64,000 bases of DNA from an uncultured Candidatus Rokubacteria bacterium (GTDB lineage Bacteria; Methylomirabilota; Methylomirabilia; Rokubacteriales; CSP1-6). Within the stretch, counting starts at the first letter, position 1. The number at the start of each line of letters is the position of its first letter. Both the position numbers and the translations under genes were made by a program. Location of the stretch: contig CAVXJS010000014.1 in the NCBI GenBank assembly GCA_963762145.1, positions 416,001-480,000 of the forward strand, given 5' to 3'. Below are positions 9,001 to 19,121 of this stretch, one piece after another. The notes below the pieces were generated by a model that saw only the letters and a program-made list of their open reading frames with translations, had not been told where the DNA came from and did no database searches.

Positions 9001-11706
9001 CTACTTGTCGAGGACTTCGCGGACCTTGGCGATCAGCGCGACGGGCGTGAACGGCTTCCCGAGCAGCAGCAGGCTCGCGTCGAGCACGCCGTGGCGAACG
9101 ATGGCGTCGCCGGTGTAGCCCGACATGTACAGCACGCGCAGGTCGGGTCGCGTCGCCCGCACCCGGTCCACCATCTCGCGGCCGCTCATGCGCGGCATCA
9201 CCACGTCGGTGAGGATGAGGTCGATCCGCTTGCCTTCCTTCTCGAAGACCGCGACGGCCTGGACGCCGTCGCTCGCCTCCAGCACCGTGTAGCCCTGCCG
9301 CTCCAGCACCTCGCGGGCGAGCGCGCGCACGTCGGATTCGTCCTCCACCAGCAGGATGGTTTCCTGGCCGGTGGCCGGCGGGGGCGTCCCGGTGTCGTCG
9401 ACGGCGCCGGTGTCGGCCGCGGTCTCGACCTGGGGCAGGTAGATCTCGAAGGTCGTGCCGCCGCCCATGACGCTGCGGACGTGGATCGCGCCGCCGTGCT
9501 GGCGCACGATCCCGTGCACCATCGAGAGCCCGAGGCCGGTGCCCTTACCCGCCTCCTTGGTGGTAAAAAACGGCTCGAAGATGCGCGCCTGGGTCGCCGC
9601 GTCCATGCCGGTGCCGGTGTCCATCACCCGGAGCACCGCGTACGGTCCGGGCGGGAGCGCGTCCGGCCGATCGGGCGGGGCCGGTCCGAGCCGCACGTGG
9701 TCGGTCTCGAGGCCCAGGGTGCCGCCGCCCGGCATCGCGTCGCGCGCGTTCACGGCCAGGTTCATCAGCGCCTGCTCGAGCTGGGCCCGATCGGCGTTGA
9801 CCCGTCCGGCGCTCGGCCCCGGCGTCACCAGCAGGTCCACGTCCTCGCCGATGAGCCGCCGCAGCATCGTGCTCACGTCGGCGACCATGGCGTTGAGATC
9901 GAGGACGCTCCGCTGGAGCACCTGCTTGCGGCTGAAGGCCAGGAGCTGGCGCGTGAGGCCGGCGGCGCGGTCCGCCGTCTTCTGGATCACCTCGACGCTG
10001 CGGCGCACCGGGTCATCGGCTTTCAGCTTGCCCAGGACCAGGTGGGTGCGGCCGGTGATGATCGTGAGCAGGTTGTTGAAGTCGTGCGCGACGCCGCCCG
10101 CGAGGCGGCCCACCGCCTCCATCTTCTGGGCCTGCCGGAGCTCCTCCTCGAGCTGCTTGCGCTGGGTGATGTCCATCATCGCGCCGATCATGCGGGTGGG
10201 CCGGTCGTCCCCGTCGTGCAGCACGTAGCCCCGGTCGTAGGCGTGAGCGTACGTCCCGTCGGCCCGGCGAACCCGGTATTCCGCGCTCCAGCTCTCGGCG
10301 CCGCGCTCCACCGCCGCGTTGATGTCGGCCTTCACGCGCTCGCGGTCGTCGGGGTGGATCGTCTCGTACCACCAGGTGATGTCCGGGCCGACCTGCTCCG
10401 GGGTGTAGCCGAAGAGCGTGCCCACGCCTTCGTTCCACCAGAGCGCGTGGCTCACGAGATCCCAGTCCCACACCGCGTCGTTGGTGGCGCGCGCCACGAA
10501 CTGGAAGCGGTCCTGGCTCTCCCGCAGCGCCCGGACCAGTCGCTCCGCGGTGCCGCGGGCGATCTGCTCGGCCTCGAGGATCTGGGCGTTGCGGATGGCG
10601 ATCGCGGCCTGCGCGGCGAGCCGCAGCAGGACCGACTCGTGCTGGTCGGTGAACGCGCGGGGCGAGCGATTGTCCACGTAGAGCAGGCCCTCGACCCGGT
10701 CGTCGATCCGGATCGGCACCACCATCTTGGCGGTGATCCCGAGCGCGGCGATCTGCTCCGCGTAGTCGCGGCTGATCTGCGGATCCTGGAGGTAGTGACT
10801 CGTCCGCGCCGGGCGGCCCTGCTCGAGGGCGAGGCCGCCGAGCCCCTTGCCGGGCTCGACCCGGACGCGGGCGACGTCGGTGTACCACGGGGCCGTCCAG
10901 TAGTGCAGCCGCACCGCGGGGGAGTCGGCAACGCGCAGGCCGATCATGGCGCCGTCGCTGCCGCAGAGCTCCTGCGCGGCCTCGGCGACGTGCTGGAGCA
11001 CGGTGGCGAGCTCGGGCGCGGCGCCGATCGTGCGGGCGAGCTCCGCCAGCACCTCGGCCTCGCGCCGGCGCCGCTTCTCCTCCGCGAAGAGCCGGGCGTG
11101 CTCGAGGGTGATCGCGGCCTGATCGGCCAGGGCCTCCGCGAGCTGCACCGCGCGGGCGTCGAAGAGGGTGCCGGTCGCGGTGCGCACCGCGAGCACCCCG
11201 ATCAGCCGGTCCTGCGTGAGCAGGGGCACCGCGAGGATGGCCCGGTCGCCCCGCGCCTCCATGTGCGTCCGCAGGGCCGGGGGGATGTCCATCCGCTCAT
11301 CGGCCAGGACGTCCGGGCTCGTGATGGTGCGGCGCTCGCGCATGGCGAGGCCGACTGCGCCCGATCCGACCTCGCGCACCGGGCGCCAGCCCGTGGTCGG
11401 GCCCGCGGGCCCGTGCGCCACCGCCATCGCGAGCAGGTTCGCGGAGTCGTCGTCCAGGCGGTAGACGACGGCGGAACCGCCGCCCAGCAGGGAGCGGAGG
11501 CTCTCGGCGATGCGCTCGCCCACCACGTCGGGGTCGAGCCGCTCGGAGAGCAGCCGGCCGATGCCGGTCAGCGCCCGGGTCTCCTGCTGGCGCGTCCACT
11601 GCTCCTCGAGCAGGCGCGCGTTCTCCTGCTCGAGCCACCGCAGCCGGGCGTGGAGCGCCGTCTGATCCTCCGTCTCCGCGCGGTTCTCGGGGCTCATCGG
11701 CGTCAT
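9001..11706 (-). CDS. Hybrid sensor histidine kinase (GAF-GAF-PAS-HisKA-HATPase-REC)
   Basis: Two GAF-like segments, PAS (WDWD..IHPDDR), AHDFNN H-box, NARDAM, GKGTGLGL, receiver LLVEDE..TDVVMP..KP. Confidence 0.95.
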   Translation of the reverse strand: MTPMSPENRAETEDQTALHARLRWLEQENARLLEEQWTRQQETRALTGIGRLLSERLDPDVVGERIAESLRSLLGGGSAVVYRLDDDSANLLAMAVAHGPAGPTTGWRPVREVGSGAVGLAMRERRTITSPDVLADERMDIPPALRTHMEARGDRAILAVPLLTQDRLIGVLAVRTATGTLFDARAVQLAEALADQAAITLEHARLFAEEKRRRREAEVLAELARTIGAAPELATVLQHVAEAAQELCGSDGAMIGLRVADSPAVRLHYWTAPWYTDVARVRVEPGKGLGGLALEQGRPARTSHYLQDPQISRDYAEQIAALGITAKMVVPIRIDDRVEGLLYVDNRSPRAFTDQHESVLLRLAAQAAIAIRNAQILEAEQIARGTAERLVRALRESQDRFQFVARATNDAVWDWDLVSHALWWNEGVGTLFGYTPEQVGPDITWWYETIHPDDRERVKADINAAVERGAESWSAEYRVRRADGTYAHAYDRGYVLHDGDDRPTRMIGAMMDITQRKQLEEELRQAQKMEAVGRLAGGVAHDFNNLLTIITGRTHLVLGKLKADDPVRRSVEVIQKTADRAAGLTRQLLAFSRKQVLQRSVLDLNAMVADVSTMLRRLIGEDVDLLVTPGPSAGRVNADRAQLEQALMNLAVNARDAMPGGGTLGLETDHVRLGPAPPDRPDALPPGPYAVLRVMDTGTGMDAATQARIFEPFFTTKEAGKGTGLGLSMVHGIVRQHGGAIHVRSVMGGGTTFEIYLPQVETAADTGAVDDTGTPPPATGQETILLVEDESDVRALAREVLERQGYTVLEASDGVQAVAVFEKEGKRIDLILTDVVMPRMSGREMVDRVRATRPDLRVLYMSGYTGDAIVRHGVLDASLLLLGKPFTPVALIAKVREVLDK

Positions 11707-11896
11707 CCGCCGTTAGGGGAGCAAGGACCACGCCACGGACAAGTATCTGAAATCACGGGATATCCTGGTCGTCCTCGGTCGCAAACTGTCAGTTTGTGGC
11801 TGAAAATGAGCACAGCCCGGCGGACAAGGCCTGGTCGCTCTGCTACGATCCGCTCACCGTTGCCAGCCGCTCACCCCCATCGGGAGACTCACCGTC

Positions 11897-13249
11897 ATGA
11901 CGACCGACGCGAAGATGATCAATCACCTGTGGACGCACAAGACGCAGGACCATCCGTTCCTGTCCGACGCGGAGCTGGTGATCGATCGCGGGGAAGGGGT
12001 GTGGGTGTGGACCGAGCAGGGCAAGAAGCTCCTGGACGGCTTCGCCGGGCTCGCGGTCGTCAACGTGGGCCACGGCCGCCGCGAGATCGCGGAGGCGATC
12101 GCGGAGCAGACGGTGCGGCTGGCCTACTATCCGACGACCAGGCAGTTTTCCAATCGGCCGGCGGCGGAGCTGGCCGCGAAGCTCGCGTCGCTCACGCCCG
12201 GCGACCTGCGCTACACGATGTTCGCGGTGAGCGGCTCCGAGGCCAACGAGCGCTCGATGCAGATCGCGCGGCAGTACTGGCTCGCCACCGGCAAGCCCGG
12301 CAAGCACAAGGTCATCTCGCTCAAGGGCGGCTACCACGGGGCGACCATGGGCACCTTCGCGGTCTGCGGCCTGCCCCATCTCTCCCAGGCCTACGCGCAG
12401 CTCGAGGTGCCCGGCTTCGCCAAGGTGGCGCCGCCGCATCCCTTCCGCGACCTCGCGGGCGGCACCGAGGCGGAGCTGATCGCGCGCCGGATCGCCGAGA
12501 TGCGCGAGGCCATCGTGCGAGAAGGGCCGGACACGGTGTCCGCGGTGATCATGGAGCCGGTGCTCTCCTCGGGCGGATTCATCATGCCGCCGATCGGCTG
12601 GCTCCGCGCGGTGCGCGCGCTCTGCGACGAGCTGGACGTCCTGATGATCGCCGACGAGGTCATCACCGGCTTCGGGCGCACCGGGCGGTGGTTCGCGGTC
12701 GAGCACGACCAGGTCGTGCCCGACCTGATGTCGGTGGCCAAGGGCATCACCTCGGGCTACATCCCGCTCTCGGCCAGCATCGCGCGCGGCCGCCTCGCGG
12801 ACGCCTTCTCCGACACCACCACCCAGGAGAACGTGCACCCCAACACCTACGCCGCGCATCCGGTGGCCTGCGCGGCCGCCCTCGCCAACCTGCGCATCAT
12901 GGAGCAGGACAAGCTGGTGGCGAACGCGGCGGCGATGGGCACGCGCCTGCTCGAGGGCCTGCGGGCAAAGGTGGGCAAGCACCCGATCGTGGGGGAGGTC
13001 CGCGGCCGCGGTCTCCTGGTCTGCGTGGACTTCGTGCAGCCCGACGGCTCCGGCAAGCCGCTCGACGGCAAGCTGGTGGCCGAGCTCGACCGCAAGGCCT
13101 GGGATCGCGGCGCCATCATCTACGCGCGCGGGACGGTGCTGCGCCTCGCCCCGCCGCTCTGCATCACCGCGGCCGAGGTGGACGAGCTGGTCGGCGTGGT
13201 CGCGGACTGCGTCGATTCGCTCCAGCGCGACATGGCGGCGGCCGGCTAG
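11897..13249 (+). CDS. Class III PLP-dependent aminotransferase
   Basis: SGSEAN, YHG, MEPV, DEVITGFGRTG and SVAKG (PLP lysine). Confidence 0.95.
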   Translation: MTTDAKMINHLWTHKTQDHPFLSDAELVIDRGEGVWVWTEQGKKLLDGFAGLAVVNVGHGRREIAEAIAEQTVRLAYYPTTRQFSNRPAAELAAKLASLTPGDLRYTMFAVSGSEANERSMQIARQYWLATGKPGKHKVISLKGGYHGATMGTFAVCGLPHLSQAYAQLEVPGFAKVAPPHPFRDLAGGTEAELIARRIAEMREAIVREGPDTVSAVIMEPVLSSGGFIMPPIGWLRAVRALCDELDVLMIADEVITGFGRTGRWFAVEHDQVVPDLMSVAKGITSGYIPLSASIARGRLADAFSDTTTQENVHPNTYAAHPVACAAALANLRIMEQDKLVANAAAMGTRLLEGLRAKVGKHPIVGEVRGRGLLVCVDFVQPDGSGKPLDGKLVAELDRKAWDRGAIIYARGTVLRLAPPLCITAAEVDELVGVVADCVDSLQRDMAAAG

Positions 13250-13252
13250 CGC

Positions 13253-14596
13253 CTAGCCGAGGAACTCGCGCGCGAGCGTCTCCCACATCATCGCGGAGAG
13301 CTTGAGGCTCTCGGTGTCCACGCGCTCGTTGTGGCCGTGGAACATGAGCGGGTAGTCGGTGTAGGGGATGCGGAGCGACTGCAGGCCGAAGCCGTAGGCG
13401 GGCACGCCCTGCCAGCGGAAGAACTTGGCGTCGGTGCCGCCGGTGGTCATCTTGGGCACCACGCGGCTGCCCGGCATCAGCCGGGACGTCACGCGCTCCA
13501 TCGCGGCCACCAACGGCGTGTCGTGGGTGCTGAGCGAGCCTTCCTGGCCGCGGCCGGTGCGGATCGTCACCCGCGGAGCCAGGTCGCCGATCGCCTCCCG
13601 CAGCATCACGTCCACCTCGTCGCTCGTGACTCCCGGCAGGGCGCGGATGTCCACGTCGATCTCCACCCGGTCGGGGATCACGTTGGTCTTCACGCCGCCG
13701 TGCATGACGTTCGGGGAGAAGGTGGTATGCGTGCAGGCGTGGGCCTCGCGCGCGAGTGCGAGGTTGTCCATGCCGCGTACCGTCTCCAGCACCCGGGCGG
13801 GATCGGTGAGGCCGGCGGTCAGCTCGGGCCCGAGGTCCATCGCCTTCACGTACTCGCGCCACACGTCGAGCACGCGCGCCTTCGGCTGGTAGGCCGCGAT
13901 GCGCCGCACCACTTCCGCCGCGGTCACCAGGGCGTTGTCGGTGCGAAACGGGCGGGACCCGTGGCCCGGCGTGCCCGCGACCGTGAGCCGCCGCCAGTTG
14001 GCGCCCTTCTCGCCCACCGTGACGCCCAGCACGTGGCCCTTGCTGGTCGGGATCGGCACGCCGCCGCTCTCGGTGATGACGTAGTCCGCCTTCACCGCGT
14101 CGGGCCGCCGCTCGACCAGATGCCCGGCGCCGAGATTGCCGCCCGCCTCCTCGTCCGCCACCGCGAGGTAGATCAGCGTACCGCGCGGCTTGAAGCCGCT
14201 CTTGGCCAGCCGCCGCGTCGCCACCGCCATCGTGCTGGTGAGGTTCAGCATGTCGATCGCGCCGCGGCCCCAGACCACCCCGTCCACCAGCTCGCCGCCG
14301 AAGGGATCGCGCTGCCAGCCGTCCGGGCTCACCGGCACCACGTCGGTGTGCCCCATCAGGAGCAGGCGCGGAGCCTTGGGGTCCGAGCCCTCGATGCGCG
14401 CGATGAGGCTCTCGCGTCCCGGCTCGGAGGTGTAGCGCTCGCACGCCACCCCCGCCCCCGCGAAGTAGTCCTCGAGCGCCGCGCAGCTCCGCGTCTCCTG
14501 GCCGGAGGCCGCGGTACCGTCGTTGACGCACGCGTTGCGGATCATCGTGCGCAGCAGCTCGGTCGCCTCGGTCTCGATACTCTGCTCGTCTCGCAT
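13253..14596 (-). CDS. M20/M25/M40 family metallohydrolase
   Basis: GHTDVVP, GRGAIDM, ADEEAGG, GHGS, GGTD and HGHNER motifs. Confidence 0.92.
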   Translation of the reverse strand: MRDEQSIETEATELLRTMIRNACVNDGTAASGQETRSCAALEDYFAGAGVACERYTSEPGRESLIARIEGSDPKAPRLLLMGHTDVVPVSPDGWQRDPFGGELVDGVVWGRGAIDMLNLTSTMAVATRRLAKSGFKPRGTLIYLAVADEEAGGNLGAGHLVERRPDAVKADYVITESGGVPIPTSKGHVLGVTVGEKGANWRRLTVAGTPGHGSRPFRTDNALVTAAEVVRRIAAYQPKARVLDVWREYVKAMDLGPELTAGLTDPARVLETVRGMDNLALAREAHACTHTTFSPNVMHGGVKTNVIPDRVEIDVDIRALPGVTSDEVDVMLREAIGDLAPRVTIRTGRGQEGSLSTHDTPLVAAMERVTSRLMPGSRVVPKMTTGGTDAKFFRWQGVPAYGFGLQSLRIPYTDYPLMFHGHNERVDTESLKLSAMMWETLAREFLG

Positions 14597-14608
14597 GGGT
14601 TCCTCGCT

Positions 14609-14640
14609 GGGGTCAGGTCTTACATTCCGACATTGCCGGA
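14609..14640. repeat. Partial copy of REP-like family A overlapping the nudC stop
   Basis: GGGGTCAGGTCTTACATTCCGACATTGCCGGA matches 4347-4377 apart from one base. Confidence 0.85.
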
Positions 14641-15513
14641 GAAGTTCCGGATGATCCAGCCCGCGATGGAGTGACGGGCCGGGCCCACTGGCATTTCGGT
14701 GCGCGGAAACCACCGCGCGTCCTCGAGCTCCTCGCGGTCGATGGTGATCTCGCCGCCCGCGTAGCTCGCGATGAAGCCGAGCATGATCTGGCTCGGGAAG
14801 GGCCAGTTCTGGCTGCCCACGTACTGGATGTCCTTGACGTCCACCCCGACCTCTTCCTTCACCTCGCGCGCCACGCAGCCCTCGAGCGACTCGCCGTTGT
14901 CCACGAAGCCGGCGACCAGCGCGTAGCGGCCCGGCGCCCAGATCGCCTTGCGCGCGAGCAGCACGCGGTCGCCGTCGCGCACCAGCACGATGATCGCGGG
15001 ATGCAGATGCGGGTAGTGCTCGTAGCCGCAGCCGCCGCAGCGCTTGCCCCACTCGCCCTCGAGGCGGCCGGTGGGCGCGCCGCAGCGCGGGCAGTGGCCG
15101 CTGGTGGACTCCCAGTAGAGGAGCTGCATCGCCATGCCGCCCATCGTCAGCAAGTCGTCGGGCAGCCGCGTGCCCTGCATCGGCACGACCGTTTCCGGCT
15201 GGAGGCCGGCCGGGACCGGCGCCCCCTTGGGCAGCGCGGCGACCCAGCAAGGCTCGCCCGCCCACGTGCCGAGCCAGTGGCGTGGGCCCAGGCCGTCGAC
15301 GCCGCGCGGCGGCGCCTCCGGCGTGGCGCCCGCGGGCAGGCGGAAGCCGTCGCCCTCGGGCACCACCAGGAGCTTCTGATCCTGGACGATCAGCCAGCGG
15401 CCGACGCCCGCGGGCGCGCCGCCGCCTTCGCGCTTGGCGGGCGTGAACTCGCCGCGAAGGCAGTCCATGTTGAAGGGCAGGTACACGGACAGCGGGGTCA
15501 TCGTCGTCGTCAT
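14620..15513 (-). CDS. nudC: NAD(+)/NADH diphosphatase (Nudix)
   Basis: CPRC/CGGC zinc ribbon, YPHLHPA, Nudix box GFVDNGESLEGCVAREVKEEVG, SQNWPFPS signature. Confidence 0.92.
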   Translation of the reverse strand: MTTTMTPLSVYLPFNMDCLRGEFTPAKREGGGAPAGVGRWLIVQDQKLLVVPEGDGFRLPAGATPEAPPRGVDGLGPRHWLGTWAGEPCWVAALPKGAPVPAGLQPETVVPMQGTRLPDDLLTMGGMAMQLLYWESTSGHCPRCGAPTGRLEGEWGKRCGGCGYEHYPHLHPAIIVLVRDGDRVLLARKAIWAPGRYALVAGFVDNGESLEGCVAREVKEEVGVDVKDIQYVGSQNWPFPSQIMLGFIASYAGGEITIDREELEDARWFPRTEMPVGPARHSIAGWIIRNFSGNVGM

Positions 15514-15582
15514 CGGCGCGGCCGAGTCTATCACGGAGAAAACCCGGTTGCGCTCCGGCCCCGGCCGGGGTACCACTACCCC

Positions 15583-16083
15583 GTGCCCGAGCTGCTCTCC
15601 GCCCTCGCTGCCTCCGTCGCCGCGCGTCTCATCGCGCGCAAGGAGACGATCGCGGTCTCCGAGTCCTCGACGGGCGGCCTCATCTCGGCCGCGCTGCTGT
15701 CGATCCCGGGCGCGTCCGCGTACTTCGTGGGCGGCGGCGTGATCTACACCCAGACCGCGCGCCGCGGCCTGCTCCAGCTTCCCGACGACGCGGTGCGCGG
15801 CATCCGCTCCAGCACCGAGGCCGCCGCCCGCATCAACGCCAGGACGGTCCGCGAGCGGCTCGGGACCACCTGGGCGCTCGCGGAGACCGGCGCGGCGGGC
15901 CCCACCGGCAATCGCTACGGCGACGCGGCCGGCCACTCGTGCTTCGCGGTGGCGGGCGCGGTGGAGGCGGCCCGCACGCTCGAGACGGGCCGGAGCGACC
16001 GCGAAGCGAACATGTGGGCCTTCACCCGGGCCGCCCTCGAGCTGCTCGACACCTGCCTCCAACAAGCGGGAGAGAAACCATGA
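15583..16083 (+). CDS. CinA/PncC family protein
   Basis: SESSTGG, PGASAYF and ETGAAGP motifs; GTG start; stop overlaps the next ATG. Confidence 0.85.
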   Translation: MPELLSALAASVAARLIARKETIAVSESSTGGLISAALLSIPGASAYFVGGGVIYTQTARRGLLQLPDDAVRGIRSSTEAAARINARTVRERLGTTWALAETGAAGPTGNRYGDAAGHSCFAVAGAVEAARTLETGRSDREANMWAFTRAALELLDTCLQQAGEKP

Positions 16084-17123
16084 GCGACTCCAAGATCCGC
16101 ATCGGCTTCATCGGCGCCGGCGCCAACACGCGCAAGCACCACATTCCCAAGCTCAAGGCCCAGCCCGGCGTCGAGCTGGTCGCGGTGGCGAACCGGTCGA
16201 AGGAGTCGGGCGAGAAGGTGGCGAAGGAATTCGGGATCGGCCGGGTGCACGCGGGCTGGCAGGAGATCGTCAACGCCCCCGACATCGACGCGATCTGCAT
16301 CGGCACGTGGCCCTACATGCATTGCGAGATGACGACCGCCGCGCTCGGCGCGGGCAAGCACGTGCTCTGCGAGGCGCGCATGGCCATGAACGCGGCCGAG
16401 GGCCGGCGCATGCTGGACGCCTCGCGCAAGGCCCCGAGCCTGATCGCCCAGCTCGTGCCCGCGCCCCACACCCTCGAGCTGGACGCCACCGTCCAGGCGC
16501 TGCTCGCGGAGGGCTTCCTCGGCGAGGTGCTCGCGGTCGAGCTGCAGTCCTCGTCGGGCCGCTTCGTCGAGCCGGACGCTCCGCTGCACTGGCGGCACGA
16601 CGCCGCGCTCAGCGGGCACAACATCCTCAACATGGGGATCTGGTACGAAGCCATGATGCGCTGGCTCGGCCCCGCGCAGCGGGTGACCTCGATGACCAAG
16701 ATCGCGGTGCCGAAGCGGAAGGACGCGGCGGGCGCGACCCAGGAGATCAAGGTCCCGGATCACGTGGACATCCTGGCCCAGCTCCGGCGCGGCGCGGTCG
16801 CCCACCTGCGCTTCAGCTCGGTGACCGCGCTGGCCCCCGCGTCCGAGGCGTGGATCTTCGGGAGCGAAGGGACGGTGAGGCTGGAGGCCGACGCGCTGCG
16901 GCTGACCGGGGCCCGGCGGGGGGAGTCGGCGCTGCGGGAGATCCCGGTGCCGCCCAAGACCCGGATCGGCTGGCGGGTGGAGGAGGAGTTCGTCAACGCG
17001 ATCCGGGGCCGCGAGAAGATCGCGCGGACGACGTTCGAGGACGGCGTGCGCTACATGGAATTCACGGACGCGGTGACCCGCAGCGCCACCGCCGGCCAGA
17101 CCGTCGACGTGAAGGAGTTGTAA
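16080..17123 (+). CDS. Gfo/Idh/MocA family oxidoreductase
   Basis: IGFIGAG Rossmann motif; AGKHVLCEAR. Confidence 0.9.
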   Translation: MSDSKIRIGFIGAGANTRKHHIPKLKAQPGVELVAVANRSKESGEKVAKEFGIGRVHAGWQEIVNAPDIDAICIGTWPYMHCEMTTAALGAGKHVLCEARMAMNAAEGRRMLDASRKAPSLIAQLVPAPHTLELDATVQALLAEGFLGEVLAVELQSSSGRFVEPDAPLHWRHDAALSGHNILNMGIWYEAMMRWLGPAQRVTSMTKIAVPKRKDAAGATQEIKVPDHVDILAQLRRGAVAHLRFSSVTALAPASEAWIFGSEGTVRLEADALRLTGARRGESALREIPVPPKTRIGWRVEEEFVNAIRGREKIARTTFEDGVRYMEFTDAVTRSATAGQTVDVKEL

Positions 17124-17148
17124 GTCTGGAGGGCTTCCCACCCTATTC

Positions 17149-17183
17149 CCCTCTCCCCTCAGGGGAGAGGGCAGGGTGAGGGG
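17149..17183 (+). repeat. REP-like palindrome, family C, copy 1
   Basis: CCCTCTCCCCT-C-AGGGGAGAGGG-CAGGGTGAGGGG between convergent genes; second copy at 29824. Confidence 0.8.
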
Positions 17184-17199
17184 TGGTGCTCTAGGCGGG

Positions 17200-18987
17200 T
17201 TACGTCCGGTACCAGTAGGCGATCCGGCCGAAGATCGAGTCCCACGAGTTCAGCTCGATACCGGCCAGGTTGTTGCCGGCGGCGTGGATCACGTTGCGCA
17301 ACGTCACCGGGATCACGATCGCCTTCTGCACCACGAGGTCGTTCATCTTGATGAACAGCTCGGTCCGCTTGACCGGGTCCATCTCCACCTCGGCCCGGCG
17401 CCACAGCCGATCGTACTCCGCGTTCCGCCAGCGCACGATGTTCCGTCCCGTCCAGCCGTTCTCCTTGGTGGGCACCTCCCAGGAGACGAACTGGGCCATG
17501 AAGAGCTGCGGATCGAGGCCGGTGAACACGGTGTAGGTCTGCAGATCGGCGTGGAAGCGGACGTTGGTGTCGACGTTGTTGACGTCCGCGGCGAAGAACA
17601 CCGAGGCCGGGATCGCCTTGATCTCCATCTCGACGCCCGCGCGCGCGGCCGCCTGCTTGATCACCAGCTGGACCTTCTGCACGGTTGCGTTGGCGGCGGC
17701 CTGATAGAGTAAGCGCAGCCGCCGGCCGGCCTTGGCGCGCACCCCGTCGGCGCCGCGCACGAAGCCCGCCTGCTCCAGGATGTCGTTGGCCTTGTCGACG
17801 TTGAACTCCCAGGTCGTATTCCGCGAGCGGAAGCGATCGGGCGAGGCCAGGAAGTTGGCCGTGATCTGGCCGGTGCGGCCGACCAGGTGCTCCTGGATGG
17901 ACTCGCGGTCCACCAGCAGGCTCAGCGCGCTGCGCACCGGCTGCTCGCTCAGCAGCGGGTGGGGAGCCTTGAGGCTCGAGCGCTCGCCGTCCATCTCGCG
18001 GGCCGGATCCGTCTGGTTGCACTGGATGAAGCTCACCCCGCTGCTCGGGATCGTGAGGACGCGGCCCTTGCCGCCCTGCTCGATCCGCCGCAGGACCTCC
18101 TCCTCCACCAGCACGTAGTAGGCGAAATCGTACTCGCCGGTCTGCAGCACCGCGCGGGCCGCCCCCACCGCGTCGCCGCCGCACTTGATCTCGAGCTGGT
18201 CGAAGAACGGGCGGTTCGGCACGTGGTAGGTCTTGTTGATCTCGGCGCGGATGAAGTCGCCCGGCCGCCACTCGGCGAGCCGGTAGGGCCCGGTGCCCAC
18301 CGCGGGGATCATGCCGATGGCCTCGCGGGCGCCGGCTCCCTTGACCTTCTCGAAGAGGTGCCGCGGGAGCAGCCCGCCGCCCGTGAAAGCGGCGTCCCAG
18401 GAGGGCTGGGGCTTCTTGAAGACGAGCTTCACGGTGTGGGAGTCGATCCGCTCGATTCGCGTGATGTCCTCGTAGGCCCCGCGGGTGCCCGCGGCGGTCG
18501 AGGGGTCGATGGCGAACTCCCAGTTGAAGATCACGTCGTCGGCGGTGAACGGGGCGCCGTCGTGCCACACCACGTTGCGCTTGAGTCGCCACGTCACCCA
18601 CTGGCCGTCCTTGGACAGCGTGCCCGCCTTGAGCGAGGGAAGCTCCTGGGCCAGGACCGGCACCAGGGTGCCGTCGGCGGCGGGGGCGGCGAGGGGCTCG
18701 TAGAAGATCCGCTGGACCGTGAAGTCGCGGAGGCCGCGGCCGAAGTGGGGGTGGAGCAGGGTGGGGGCATCCCACATCAGGATGCGAAGCGTGCCGCCCC
18801 CGCCGCGCCGGGTGGGCGCGAGCTCGGCCTCGCGCGGCTGCGCGGTGGCCACGCCCGCCGCGCCCAGGAGGCGGCCGGCTACCGGACCGGCGAGGCCGGC
18901 CGCGGCGAGCGCCTGCACGAAATGTCGGCGTGTGAGGCCGCCCTGCCTCACCTGCCCCAGCATCTCCCGAAGGGTCGCTTCGTCCAT
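17200..18987 (-). CDS. Family 5 (peptide/nickel) ABC substrate-binding protein, Tat-exported, orphan
   Basis: TRRHFV twin-arginine motif; WHDGAPFTADDV and GTGPY. Confidence 0.9.
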   Translation of the reverse strand: MDEATLREMLGQVRQGGLTRRHFVQALAAAGLAGPVAGRLLGAAGVATAQPREAELAPTRRGGGGTLRILMWDAPTLLHPHFGRGLRDFTVQRIFYEPLAAPAADGTLVPVLAQELPSLKAGTLSKDGQWVTWRLKRNVVWHDGAPFTADDVIFNWEFAIDPSTAAGTRGAYEDITRIERIDSHTVKLVFKKPQPSWDAAFTGGGLLPRHLFEKVKGAGAREAIGMIPAVGTGPYRLAEWRPGDFIRAEINKTYHVPNRPFFDQLEIKCGGDAVGAARAVLQTGEYDFAYYVLVEEEVLRRIEQGGKGRVLTIPSSGVSFIQCNQTDPAREMDGERSSLKAPHPLLSEQPVRSALSLLVDRESIQEHLVGRTGQITANFLASPDRFRSRNTTWEFNVDKANDILEQAGFVRGADGVRAKAGRRLRLLYQAAANATVQKVQLVIKQAAARAGVEMEIKAIPASVFFAADVNNVDTNVRFHADLQTYTVFTGLDPQLFMAQFVSWEVPTKENGWTGRNIVRWRNAEYDRLWRRAEVEMDPVKRTELFIKMNDLVVQKAIVIPVTLRNVIHAAGNNLAGIELNSWDSIFGRIAYWYRT

Positions 18988-19121
18988 GGATTCCCGGTTG
19001 GGGGGTCCGACATCGATAGCGCGGGGCGCCGGGGAAGTCAAGGGCCCAAGTCCCTTGTCGCTCCGGAAGGAATCGGGGACAATACGGCGCCGCCCATCCG
19101 GCCCCAGGAGACCGATCGCCC

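Noticed and set aside
9091-13305. Very long alternative-frame ORFs (1404 aa here; also 4445-7144, 24329-27907, 31000-33288, 55929-58316)
   Set aside because: Antisense or shadow frames rich in Arg/Ala/Gly, expected at this GC content, overlapping well-supported genes
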